DNA of 57,463 nucleotides from Octopus bimaculoides (GCF_001194135.2 NC_069000.1:42538327-42595789), one strand, 5' to 3'. Positions 25,981 to 38,880 are shown, counted from the stretch's first letter. Notes: generated by a model not told the origin, from the letters alone. A program made the numbers and translations.

Positions 25981-27009
25981 NNNNNNNNNNATGACCGCCC
26001 AGCAGTAACTATTCAGCTGAATAGACGTCAGTGATTGGTTGAAATTACAGAAATACGACAACTTTAACATGGAATAACTTGCGAATTCCTTTTTTTTGTT
26101 AAGAAGACTAAGAGTAAAAGATGTTTTATATGACACATTCTACCAGTATCCGAAGTTTCAAAGTGTTTCGTTAAGAAAATACTGGTGCCTCCGTTTTAAA
26201 ATAGATCCTATATATATATATATATATATGTGTGTGTTTGTGTGTGTGTGTTTGTGTATAGCATGGCCCGTGCCCCAGCATGGCCGCAGTCTAATGACTG
26301 AAACAAGTAAAGGTGAAAGAAGGTATGTCTGTGTTACTGGTTGTCTGAAAGATGTAAGGTTTGTGTGTTTTGAGTTAAGAGAAGATTGTTTGTTGTAGGT
26401 TGTTGTCTTAGTGGTGGAATGTTGATATTAACTCTTAATTAAATACGTCAAGTAAATAAAACATTTTCCACTTAAAAATTTAGGTTAATTGTTGGTGGAG
26501 TGTGTTTAGGATGGCGTTGTGTTTTTAGTTTGGAGTGTGGTGGAGTAAACCTATCAACATTTAACTGAGGGGTTGGTGGTTCAAATCCCTTGCCTTTCAG
26601 CTGCCAAATTATATCTTAGTTTCGTGAAGGCACATAGCTTAGTGGTTAAGCTGTTGCACACACAATCACTAGATCATGGGTTCAATTCCCTGAGTGGGCA
26701 GCATGTTGCATTCTTGATCAAAACACTCCATTTCGTGTTACTCCAGTCCCCACTTTCAATCAAGGCAGGGAATGTTGGCCTGCTCACCTAGCCAGCAGAC
26801 TGGCATCAATCGAAGGCTAAAGTGCATTGTGATCAGTGATGTGTAACATCTAATAGCCTGGTCAGTCACATGATCACATGATATCTTAGTCTTAAGATAT
26901 TGATGATGTAAGCATTAATTTCTAGAATAATATTACAGGGCTGGTATTAGGAACATAAAAGAAGCAGAATATTTTGGCCATATATGTCGTTGTAATGCCC
27001 ACAAGGATT

Positions 27010-27307
27010 TTCGAGCGAGATCGTTGTCAGTGCCCCTGGACTGGCTCTTGTGCAGGTGGCACGTAAAATACACCATTTTGAGTGTGGCCATTGCCAGTAC
27101 CGCCTGACTGGCCTTCGTGCTGGTGGCACGTAAAAGCACCCACTACACTCTCTGAGTGGTTGGCATTAGGAAGGGCATCCAGCTGTAGAAACTCTGCCAA
27201 ATTAGATTGGAGCCTGGTGTAGCCATCCGGTTGCACCAGTCCTCAGTCAAATCGTCCAACCCATGCTAGCATGGAAAGCGGACGTTAAACGATGATGATG
27301 ATGATGA
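27010..27307 (+). mobile_element. SINE family C ending ...GGAAAGCGGACGTTAAACGATGATGAT (many copies, e.g. 6720-6960, 11335-11500, 28205-28548, 41065-41330, 43490-43700, 51945-52320)
   Basis: Near-identical repeats throughout the window ending in a (GAT)n tail. Confidence 0.85.
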
Positions 27308-27850
27308 TTTTTGTTTCCAGAGTGAAATGGAATTCACTGAGGCAGATTTGTTTTTTTTTTTCCATGGCCTAATGCCCTTTCTGCTGAAAATTCTCACCTG
27401 TTCCCAACAAGCAAGGTATTTTTTACTCGTGGCTGGACATGTTTCCACACAAGATTGGAAACAAACTACACCACTTATATGACTGTGACACTCATTTACA
27501 ACTAATGTGCAATGTCAAGACAAAGGCACAAAGAAACACACACAATGGGATTCTTTCAGTTTCCATTTACAAAATCCACTCACAATGCTGTGGTTGATCT
27601 GGGGCTGTAGTAGAAAACACTTGACCTAGGTGCCACGCATTGGGACTGAACTCGGTACACCATATTGTTGGGAAGTGTACTTCTTAGCCACGCAACTACA
27701 CCTGTACCTAGAATATAAATATATGAACCAAACAAATCATTTTACCCTTCTGCCATTGTTTTCCATTTCATTTTCATTTCAATATGTAAAAACTTGGGTT
27801 TTTTTTTTTTTGTAAATTTTAAAAGAAATTTTTATTTATTTATTTTACAG

Positions 27851-27985
27851 GCAGCTGAGAAAACATCAAAACTGACCAGTGAGGAAAGAGATGATGTCCT
27901 TGCTCCTTTGATGAAAGAAGGATGGACCCTTGTAAAAGGTAGAGATGCCATCTACAAGGAATTCGTCTTCAAGAACTTCAATCAG
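27851..27985 (+). CDS. PCBD: PCBD exon (AAEKTSKLTSEERDDVLAPLMKEGWTLVKGRDAIYKEFVFKNFNQ)
   Basis: ttttacag acceptor, GTAATT donor, 135 nt. Matches the PCD/DCoH N-terminal half (GRDAI.K.F.FK.FN). Confidence 0.95.
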
Positions 27986-28180
27986 GTAATTCATACCCTG
28001 TCTGTTTTTCCTTGCAACAGAAACATTTTTTTGATATATCTCAGCCTTGACAGAGAAGATAATGTCAGGAACCCACAGCTGAAAGGGGGTTATGTACCCC
28101 CTAATTACAATGTCCAGCTGCATATCGCAAAGACAGTTCTTCAGAAATTCCAAGAATCGAGAAACAAGATTCTATTTTAA

Positions 28181-28720
28181 CCCTTTAACATTCAGATTAC
28201 CAACGTCGCCTTCCTGGTACTTGTGCCAGTGGCACGCAAAAAGACATTCGAGCGAGACCGTTGCCACTACTGCTGGACTGGATCCTGTGCAGGTGGCACG
28301 TAAAATACACCATTTTGAGCATGGCCATTGCCAGTACCACCTGACTGGCCTTTGTGCCGGTTGCACGTAAAAGCACCCACTACATCCTTGGAGTGGTTGG
28401 CGTTAGGAAGGGCATCCAGCTGTAGAAACTCTGCCAAATCAGATTGGAGCCTGGTGTAGCCATCTGGTTCACCAGTCCTCAGTCAAATCATCCAACCCAT
28501 GCTAGCATGGAAAGCGGACGTTAAACGACGATGATGATGATGATGATTGTTTTGAATTAATCCTGGATTATCTCAGTGCTTTTAGGTTTCAATAAGGGGA
28601 TTATTTATTTTCAGAACGGTGTAGCAGGGGACATGTGAGAGGCTGGTTTCTGGCTGTTTTGAACATAATAAAACAGGTAGAATGTTTGGATTGGATTTCG
28701 TTGGTTTAAATGTTAAAGGG
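28181..28720. mobile_element. piggyBac-like MITE with a nested SINE, in a PCBD intron
   Basis: TTAA|CCCTTTAACATT...AATGTTAAAGGG ends. A family-C SINE is inserted at about 28205-28548. The right-hand TTAA is not intact. Confidence 0.5.
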
Positions 28721-28793
28721 ATGATGTTGGTTGGTGAGTTTGTTTGAGTAGTTTTCATCACAATGCCTTCCTTTCTGGTTCTTTCTTCAACAG

Positions 28794-28874
28794 TGTTTCG
28801 GTTTCATGACTAGAATTGCTCTAATGGCTGATAAGATGGACCATCACCCAGAGTGGTTTAACGTCTATAATAAG
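28794..28874 (+). CDS. PCBD: PCBD exon ([27 protein letters not shown])
   Basis: ttcaacag acceptor, GTAAGT donor, 81 nt. Contains the signature [12 protein letters not shown] with catalytic His residues. Confidence 0.97.
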
Positions 28875-29528
28875 GTAAGTATCTCTGCCTATTTGTCTGT
28901 CTGTCTCTCTCACAGTCATGAGATATGAGTTCGATTCCCAGACCGGGCTGTGTATTGCATTCTTGAGCAAGACACTTTATTTCATGTTGCTCCAGTTCAC
29001 TCAGCTGTAGAAATGAGTTCTGATGTCACTGGTGCCAAGCTGTATCGGCCTTTACCTTTCCCTTGATAACATCAGAGGCATGGAAAGGGAAGGCTGGTAT
29101 GCATGGGCAACTACTGGTCTTCTATATTGTTTATTTCTTTTGCTTGCTTTAGCCAATTAGATTGTGGCCATGCTGGAGTACTGCACTGAAACTTTTAGTC
29201 AAATAAATCAACCCCAGTACTTCTTTTTTAAGCCTGATGCTTATTCTGTCGGTCTCTTTTGCCAAACTGCTAAATTACAGGCTTCTTTCAGTTTCCGTCT
29301 ACCAAATCCACTCACAAGGCTTTGGTAGGCCCAAGGCTATAGTGGAAGACACTCACCCAAGGTGCCACACAGCAGGACTGAACCTGAAACCATGCGGTTG
29401 GGAAGCAAGCTTCTTACCACACAGCCATGCTTGTGACTTTGTGGAAGATTTTGAAATCTTAATTGTTTTATTGTCATGATTTTACAATTGTTTTAAAATT
29501 ATAATTATGCTTTATCTCTGGATTCCAG

Positions 29529-29630
29529 GTTCAAATCAAGCTGAGCACTCACGAATTCAATGGTCTTTCTCATCGAGACATTCGTCTGGCGACCTTCATT
29601 GAGAAAGCATCTAAATCAGTTTTCGACTAG
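29529..29630 (+). CDS. PCBD: PCBD last coding exon (VQIKLSTHEFNGLSHRDIRLATFIEKASKSVFD*)
   Basis: ttccag acceptor, LSTHE..GLS.RD motif, TAG at 29628-29630. Total 106 aa with the proximal ATG. Confidence 0.95.
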   Translation, partial: VQIKLSTHEFNGLSHRDIRLATFIEKASKSVFD

Positions 29631-30132
29631 AACCAGTTGGGAACCGAACCCACCACCTTTTTTCTTTCTTTCTTTGCGAGGTTGTCTACCGCTTGTTGTT
29701 CTCACTTAACCTTCATTTTCCACTCACGCCCAACACTTTGGAGTAGTAGGAGTGGTCACCGTGGCACTGGTGGTTGTTGTGCCACACGTTCGCCTCCAGA
29801 CCCCCCAACCCCACCACACTCCACATCCTATTGGTAAGTCAAAACGTTTCGTAAAATGCCACTCCGCTCCGCCCCTACATTATTTCTCACCTCTCCCCAC
29901 CCACCCACTACACTTTCTTCTATATCAGGAACCAAAAAAAAAAAAATTAATTTTTGAATATCAAAGATGTTTCTCCATTTTGCAGCACAAAATAGGCAAT
30001 GATTAACAACAAAAGTTGAATAATATTAACAACAATAATTTCTAACACACACACACACACACATACACGTAATAATAATAATAATAATAATAATAATCTC
30101 TTTGTTCCCAGTTGCCAAAAGTCTGTGTGAAA

Positions 30133-30138
30133 AATAAA
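30133..30138 (+). terminator. Possible polyadenylation signal of PCBD
   Basis: AATAAA about 500 nt after the stop codon. Motif evidence only. Confidence 0.3.
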
Positions 30139-31411
30139 TGGTTTTGCAGTGGTGGCCAGCACCATTCTGAGAGTCATAGAAATAGCAGCAGCAGCAGCAG
30201 TAGTAGTAGTAGAGTGACCAGTTTAAAACATTTGCTCCATGTTTGGTCAGAAGTTGTGAAGACCAGTGTCCACCTCCCACTCGTATATCTATCACACACT
30301 GGCCAATAGAAAGTTGTCACATGACTAGTTAGTTCCCTTGTGAATGATCTCCCTTTATTGATCCAAACATCCTTAAATCCACTAACCGACCCTTTTCACT
30401 CCCTGGTCGAACAACGTCTGTTTATCTATTCTACAAAGATTCAAGGCTAGCAGTGACTGAGTTTCATTACTGCTGTATAAATCTTCAGATTGGTTGCCAT
30501 TGTTTACTGGAATACTTTCTTCTATGTTAAACCTGTACTGATTCCATTTCCATCGTGCATAACTGGTGGCCAATCTGATGAATTTCCCATCAGCATTTAT
30601 ACAGAGATGATGAAACTGTCAGCCACTGGTGGATTTTTATACCTTTGTAGTATATATATATAGACATATATTCACTCTCCAAAGCTGTTTTAGTTTTCTA
30701 TTTCTTCTGTACCATCATTTATTAATGACACTGTATATGTATGTATGTGATGTATATAATGTGATGTATTTATTTTCATGAAGCATTGTCTGATACATAC
30801 ATACATATATACATATATATATATATGAAACCATTGTCTGAGATGTGTGTCTATATATATTTATATGAAACTGTTTTATGAGATGTGCATATATATATAT
30901 GAAACTGTTGTCTGAGATGTGCATATATATATATATATATGAAATTGTTGTCTGAGATGCGTGTGTATATATATAAAATGGAGAAAAACATAGATTAACC
31001 AGAACTTCGATTGGACCACATTTTAAAGCTTGTTTATTGATACAATGCAAAACAACAAAGCTAACACCTGTTTCTAATCCGATTACCAGAATGCAGTCTA
31101 TACATAAATGCGCTCGACGTATATAGTATCTCTGCACACCAGTGCCTGGAGATAACACAGGAAATGGATGCTGATAGTATATATGGATATTTTATCCCTT
31201 AGTTAGTTACTACAACCGCTAATTCTATTTATATATATATATACATATAATTGTTTTGATTATATTTTTATTAAGGTCAAAACAATGCAAGTTATAAAAC
31301 ATGAGCTGATGGTTAGTACTATTACCTGGTATTTCAATCCCCGAAAAGTTGGGGCCTCTTTAGGAAATTTATGGAGCAGAGACATCAGCTATTAACACCA
31401 TTTCTCTGGAA

Positions 31412-31451
31412 ATTTCCTGAAGAAGGGCTTCTTGCCTTGAAATATTGAAAT
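31412..31451 (+). ncRNA. Minimal hammerhead ribozyme motif
   Basis: AUUUC-CUGAAGA-AGGGC-uucuu-GCCUU-GAA-AUAU-U-GAAAU. It has a 5-bp stem I, a 5-bp stem II and a self-complementary AUAU stem III. Confidence 0.6.
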
Positions 31452-31892
31452 ACCAGGTAACAACACTAATCACTGAACTTGGTTATTAATTGTATAATTA
31501 GCATTGTTTTGGCTTAGAAAAATATTTAAAACTTACATAGTGTGTGTATGTATGTATATATATATATATATATATAGTCACAATGAGGATATTTAAACCT
31601 CTTATAGGGATATTTTTATCCAAGATACACTGGTTTAATATATTAAATCTTGAAGAGATAATTCTTCAACGGATATAATGTATGGAATATTGTAAAATGC
31701 CAAACATTTTTATTGAGTTAGAAAACATAGATTTAATGGATACAAATTAATTTGTTAATTAATCAACGTATAAATGAATTTGTATCTGTTAGATCTCTGT
31801 TTTCTAACTCGATAAATATATACTGTACAATATGTGTGTGTATATATAATATACTGTACAATTTGTGAGTGTTTATATAATATACTGTACAA

Positions 31893-31934
<42 letters not shown>

Positions 31935-33146
31935 CTATAGCCAAACATACATACATATGCACAATATGCTTACACACAGACACATGAAATGCTTATAAAT
32001 ATATTTGTAAAATGTTTATAAAAATATATATTTATCTATAGATGCAGATATATATATATGTGATGATGATGATAAAATCTTCAAATGAACTTATCACTGA
32101 CAATCTCACTTTAACAAATGTTATCTTTAATTGGTCAGAAGTCAATCAAACCACTTAACATTTGACCATTTCCCTTTTAATAGATATCTCCCCAAATGTC
32201 AGGAATTTCTCAAGCCACTGACCACTCCACTCAAGGCGTGTCCCTCAGTGGTCTAACCTTTGTCTCCTCCTTTAGTACAGGAATATTCTCCATGGGTCAA
32301 AGTGTAGTCAGATTTGATCCATTGACCGTTTCTCACATTACATTTATCCCTAGTGGTCAGTGTTTACTGACCATTCACACCAAGCAAAAATACAAAATGC
32401 TTCTCCCAGTTATTAGTTGTTATTTTACACAACCATCTAAGTACTGATATATATACATACACATATATATATATATATATGCATATAAACATAAGTATAT
32501 GTATATATACGTGTGTCTATATATATATACATATATAAATATATATACTTATAAACATATATATATATACATATATATTCCCCTCACACATATATAGTCA
32601 CCGGAGAAACACTGACCATTCTTAAGATGTTTTAGTTCTGTCCAAAATCCAAATAGCTGTATTTTTAAGGGAATAAAATTCATTGCAAAATAAATAAAGA
32701 AATAAAAATAAAATATAATGGATATACAATGGTTTTGTTCTATTTAATTCTGTCTGTGCGTCTCGGTGTTGCGTCCTGCTATTTCCTTGCTCTACCCAAG
32801 CTTTGTTTATCTTTCTACAAACATCCGACTTCCACAAGTTCAACCTCAACAGCAACCAGTGTGAAAAGGCCTGCTAATCTGACTTTCATTTGCCTCCTCC
32901 AAGAGGTCCCCCCAGTTACATTCCTTCAAATTTTGACACTTTAGAGACATCAGGTTGTTCAAAGATCTGATGTCACTAAAGTGGAAAAAGATTATTTCCT
33001 TCAAAACAGAAGTGTGTGTGAGAGAGAGAGAGAGAGAGTGTGTGTGTGTGTGTGCTTTCGTCCATGCCTGTTTGTACTATAGAATTTGGTCAGTACTGAA
33101 AGCAATGCCATCTTAATTCCCTTATGGAGAAATATACCTGCTATCC

Positions 33147-33380
33147 ATGATAAACTCACCTTTCTGCCTCTTCTGCCAACAATGCTTGAACAACCAATCA
33201 ATGAAACCAAATCGTCTTGAATTGCATTTGAAGACAAAACATGGTGGTGCATATGTGCACATATCAACAATTATTAATTTTTTCAACCCTATCTATTACA
33301 CAGAACAAAATCCTTTTTTCAGTTTCTCATCACAGAGAAATCCTTGCAAGTGGATTTAGCCAAGTTGGTACCGACACACA
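33147..33380 (+). pseudogene. Internally deleted hAT (Buster/Charlie-like) transposase remnant
   Basis: PFCLFCQQCLNNQSMKPNRLELHLKTKH matches the C2H2 N-terminus P.C..C...L.N.SMKP..L..HL.TKH. A downstream SGFS motif resembles the hAT dimerization domain. Confidence 0.6.
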
Positions 33381-35139
33381 TTTGGTTTTACAGAATTATA
33401 CGAACTGTAGAGTTAAGAAAACAAAACACAGCTTCAAGTTTGTTGCAAATATTACTTTATATTTTCTTAGAATTAAAAAATATTATCCAATAAAATAGAA
33501 AACCCACAGAATAAAAAAAGTAAAATGTACAAAGATAACAAAAAAAAATAATGGTTTCTGATTAAGGCCAGCAATTTTGAGGGGAAGGGGTTTAGTATAT
33601 TCTATTGGCCTTAGTACTTGACTGGCACTTCATTTAAGCCTTTTGTTACGAACATGTCTGAGACTGGTTCCATGATAGAAACTGTTTTAAAAGAGATCTA
33701 AATGAAAACGATCAAACTTATATGTTAATATTCCACACACCAGCTTGACCCTTTAGCACTTACAATGGCCAAAATATTCTGTTTTATCTTTGAATCAGCC
33801 AGCTCTGCGCTCTAACACCAACTCATTTTAAAAAATAAACAATCACATTATTGATGAGACAATGCAATGATTAATTCAGATGAATAAACATTACATTTGA
33901 CAAATTTGAATGTTGAAGGGTTAAACTGGACACATGTGGCCCAAATATTCTATTGCTTTTATGTTCAAACTGGCCGTATCCAGCCTCTCACACCTACCCT
34001 ACAATACCATTCTAAAAATATACAATCACATCATTGAAATCTCGAAAGTACAAGATAATTAATTCAAAACAATGTGAGTAACTAAGCATTGCATTTGACA
34101 ATAATTTGAATGCTCCAGGGTTAACGAGGACAATTATTTGAGTAAATTCTTCAATAGTTTAGAAATCAATTGAGGCAAAGGCAGTGTATTTCAACCAAAA
34201 TATGGTAACAAAAGGGTCAATGGACCCCAGAGGGATGAAAGGCAAATTTGACCTTGTCAGAATTTGAACTCAGAATGTAAAGATATTTTGTTAGATGGTC
34301 ACTTTTGCTTAATTTCGCTGCCCTCAAATAATTGCTTTTTAACTCATTCATGCCGACCATTTGTTTCAACTGACCCTTAATTTATATGGGTATAAAACAA
34401 ATACTTGATACAAATTGTAATTTGCGTTTGTTGTTGGCACTCCGTCGCTTACGACGTCGAGGGTTCCAGTTGATCCGATCAACGGAACAGCCTGCTCATG
34501 AAATTAACGTGCAAATGGCTGAGCACTCCACAGACACGTGTACCCTTAACGTAGTTCTCGGGGAGATTCAGCGTGACACAGAGTGTGACAAGGCTGGCCC
34601 TTTGAAATATGGGTACAACAGAAACAGGAAGAAAGAGTGAGAGAAAGAGTACAGCAGGGTTCGCCACCGCCCCCTGCCGGAGCCTCGTGGAGCTTTTAGG
34701 TGTTTTCGCTCAATAAACACTCACAACGTCTGGTCTAGGAGGCGAAACCACGATCCTATGACCGCAAGTCCGCTGTCCTAACCACTGGGCCATTGCGCCT
34801 CCACTATAATTTGTGTATGCAGTCTGTATCAAGCGGATTTCAAAGAAATTTGTTCCAGTTGTTATTTAGGTCAAAATAATAAGTATCTGAATTTGCAGGC
34901 AATTTCATTCACTAGAAAAAAAGTTTGGCACGAATGGGTTAATTTAGGTCAAGGACAGCAACTTTTATTTTTTTCTTGGTGGGGTGTGTGAGAGATTTGT
35001 TGATGATAACATCAGTCCCAGTACGTGACTGGTATTTTATCAACCACATAAGTATGAAAAGCAAACACGACTTCAAGCAGCATTTCAAACTCAGTTATTC
35101 ATGATAATAATAAATAATAATAATAAATTAATTATATTG

Positions 35140-35632
35140 TAATAATTGTTTCTAATTTAAACACAAGGTCAGTGTTTTTCAGGGGAAGGATTTAGTTGAT
35201 ATCATTGCCCACCCAACTCACATCCCCACTCTATACAAAAGGTATTTTATTTTATTGACCCTGGAGGGATCAGAGGCTAAATTGATGCCAGTAGGATTTG
35301 AACTCAAAGTGTAAAGAATCGGAACAAATACTGCAAAATATTACCCACCCCAACCCGAGGCTCTAATAATTCTGCTAATCTACTATCATTCATAATGATT
35401 ATTAATTATAACATAATAATAATGGTTTCAAATTTTGGCACAAGGCCAGCAATTTCAGAAGAAGGAGTAAATCGTTTACACTGACCCCAGTACTTGAGTG
35501 GGACTTTGTTGGCCCTGGAAGAATGAAAGGCAAAGTTGACTTCAGCGGAGTTTGAACTCCGAACGTAAAAATAGACAAAATGCCGCTAAGCATTTTCCCC
35601 AATGTGCTAACGATTCTGCCGTCTTTTTAATG

Positions 35633-35665
<33 letters not shown>

Positions 35666-36056
35666 CTTTCTATTATAGGCACAAGGCCTGAAATTTTGGG
35701 AGAAGTAGCTAGTCAGTTACATTGACCCCAGTACACAACTAGTACTTAATTTATCGACCCCGAAAGGATGAAAGGCAAAGTTGACCTTGGCGGAATTTGA
35801 ACTCAGAAATAAAAATGGACAAATACCGCTAAGCATTTCGCCCAGCGTGCTACTGATTCTGCCAGTTCACCACCTTAATCATAATAATCGTTTCTAATCT
35901 AGGCACAAGGCCTGAAATTTTGGGGGAGGGTGCCCAGTCGATTAGATTGACCCAAGTACGCAACTGGTACTTAATTTATCGACCCTGAAAGGTAAAGTCG
36001 ACCTTGGTGGAATTTGAACCCAGCATGCTAACGATTCTGCTAGCTCACCACCTTAT
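35140..36056 (-). mobile_element. Second array of about 5 family-B SINE units directly 3' of the NIT2 stop
   Basis: Reverse-complement units separated by (AAT)n. Confidence 0.75.
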
Positions 36057-36151
36057 TAATAATAATAATAATAATGACAACTATAATTTGACTAAAAGAT
36101 AAAAAAATAGTTAATATCACACAGCACTGTTTGTTCTTCCAATTAGCAAAA

Positions 36152-36243
36152 TTATTCTGTAAGGTCAGAGACATTGTAAAGATCTTTCCTTTTCTGATTC
36201 GTAAGTGGTATTTGGTCACGCACTTCGTCAACGTAGTCCATAT
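36152..36243 (-). CDS. NIT2: NIT2 last coding exon (DMDYVDEVRDQIPLTNQKRKDLYNVSDLTE*)
   Basis: ttttgcag acceptor, R.QIP...QKR.DLY motif, TAA. Exons sum to 828 nt = 275 aa + stop. Confidence 0.95.
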
Positions 36244-36403
36244 CTGCAAAAATTATACAAAAAAAAAAACATACAGGGAGTGGTATCAGTAGGAGGAGGA
36301 GAGGGAGAAACAATAGTAGGAGAGAAAGAAAAGGAGAAACAGCGAAGAGGAGTAGCAACGAAAAGTAAGTCAAGTTAAAAGCGTTTCAAAGGGTGTCACT
36401 TAC

Positions 36404-36459
36404 CAAGTTCAGCATATACAATGTCTTCTTCATGCTCAGTGGTTGATATCACTTTACCC
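36404..36459 (-). CDS. NIT2: NIT2 exon 8 (GKVISTTEHEEDIVYAEL)
   Basis: attacag acceptor, GTAAGT donor, 56 nt. Phases 2 and 1 fit the neighbouring exons. Confidence 0.92.
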
Positions 36460-38880
36460 CTGTAATGGAATAGATAATATGTATATACATAGTTATTTTT
36501 GTGTGCGTGCATCATCATCATCATCATCGTTTAACGTCCGCTTTCCATGCTAGCATGGGTTGGACGATTTGACTGAGGACTGGTGAAACCGGATAATACA
36601 CACACACATATATAGTTTATTTCTGTATTTGTAATGAAAAAAATATAACAAATTTATTAATCAAATTACTTGGTGATAAGACTGAAGTGAAGCATAAGCA
36701 GTGCATGTATTTTTATTGGCAGTATGACCTTCCCAAAATACAGGGTGTTAGAGCTAAACTTTACAGTTATTTATGTCTCCTTTTTTTTCAGGAACAGCTT
36801 GATATATTTGTGAACAACCAACAGTGTTGGAGAGCATAACAAAGTTTTAGTGGAGAAAAAGTTGGCTGACATGGAGGGCTGGAAGCCATCTGAATATTGG
36901 GGAAGAGCTACTTACTTCTATCATGGTGATTTGCACCAAATATCAAAATGCCACATGCATGTATGTATGTATGAAAAGGTTGCAAGGTGCAATGAAAATT
37001 TTAAAAAAATAAAAAAGAAATAAGCGGAAATTTTACTGGTGTGTCAAATAATAAGGCACCAAAAGAGAATGACTCTCCCCAGACACAAAAGTGTATATAT
37101 ATGAGTCATTTAACAACAAATTTGAATATGGACGGGACTTAGAGATGATGTCTTGGTATTTACCTCTTGTTCTTGATTTTTTGTTTGATTTTTTGTTTGT
37201 TCTTAAATTTATTTCCCTGAAGATGTGTAAGGCAAATAATATGTTTGACTTAAATTTGACTGTCAAATTTCAATAATAATGGATAGTAGCGTCAAAACTC
37301 TCTTTTAAATTTAAAACTTCGGATATATATATATATATATCATTATCATCATCGTTTAACGTCCGCTTTCCATGTCATTGTCGTCATTGTCGTCATTGTT
37401 GTTGTCATCACCATCATCATCATCGTTGTCGTCATCATTGTCATCATCACCATCACAATCGTTATCATCATCATCATTGTCATCGAGTCATCTTCATCAT
37501 CATCATCACCATTTTTATATCTGCTTTTTCCATGTTAGCACAGGTTGGACCAGACTTATTGTGGCTTGTTTCTCTGGCCTCATGTCCCCTTCCATCACTA
37601 TGTTGTGAAATAAAGTGTCTTGCTCAAGAAGCAGTAAAGCATGTCATTTCCAAATNNNNNNNNNNNNNNNNNNNNNNNNNNNNNNNNNNNNNNNNNNNNN
37701 NNNNNNNNNNNNNNNNNNNNNNNNNNNNNNNNNNNNNNNNNNNNNNNNNNNNNNNNNNNNNNNNNNNNNNNNNNNNNNNNNNNNNNNNNNNNNNNNNNNN
37801 NNNNNNNNNNNNNNNNNNNNNNNNNNNNNNNNNNNNNNNNNNNNNNNNNNNNNNNNNNNNNNNNNNNNNNNNNNNNNNNNNNNNNNNNNNNNNNNNNNNN
37901 NNNNNNNNNNNNNNNNNNNNNNNNNNNNNNNNNNNNNNNNNNNNNNNNNNNNNNNNNNNNNNNNNNNNNNNNNNNNNNNNNNNNNNNNNNNNNNNNNNNN
38001 NNNNNNNNNNNNNNNNNNNNNNNNNNNNNNNNNNNNNNNNNNNNNNNNNNNNNNNNNNNNNNNNNNNNNNNNNNNNNNNNNNNNNNNNNNNNNNNNNNNN
38101 NNNNNNNNNNNNNNNNNNNNNNNNNNNNNNNNNNNNNNNNNNNNNNNNNNNNNNNNNNNNNNNNNNNNNNNNNNNNNNNNNNNNCCAACTTCAAACAAAC
38201 ATCATCGGCTTTGAACAGGAAAAGTCCTGGCCGTCCTGGGACCGCTACAGGGCCAGAAAATGACATAGCTGTGGCAGCTTCAGTACCAACAGTCTCCCAG
38301 AAGGTTCTGCACGAAAACACGTCATCATTGTCATTGTCGTCATTGTTGGACGATTTGACTGAGGACTGATGAAACCGGATGGCAACACCAGGCTCCAATC
38401 TAATTTGGCAGAGTTTCTACAGCTGGATGCCCTTCCTAACGCCAACCACTCAGAGAGTGTAATGGGTGCTTTTATGTGTCACCCGCACGAAAACGGCCAC
38501 GCTCGAAATGGTGTCTTTTATGTGCCNNNNNNNNNNNNNNNNNNNNNNNNNNNNNNNNNNNNNNNNNNNNNNNNNNNNNNNNNNNNNNNNNNNNNNNNNN
38601 NNNNNNNNNNNNNNNNNNNNNNNNNNNNNNNNNNNNNNNNNNNNNNNNNNNNNNNNNNNNNNNNNNNNNNNNNNNNNNNNNNNNNNNNNNNNNNNNNNNN
38701 NNNNNNNNNNNNNNNNNNNNNNNNNNNNNNNNNNNNNNNNNNNNNNNNNNNNNNNNNNNNNNNNNNNNNNNNNNNNNNNNNNNNNNNNNNNNNNNNNNNN
38801 NNNNNNNNNNNNNNNNNNNNNNNNNNNNNNNNNNNNNNNNNNNNNNNNNNNNNNNNNNNNNNNNNNNNNNNNNNNNNNNN

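Noticed and set aside
27794-28180. 128-aa ORF as a single-exon gene
   Set aside because: Only 27851-27985 is coding. The rest is intron read-through.
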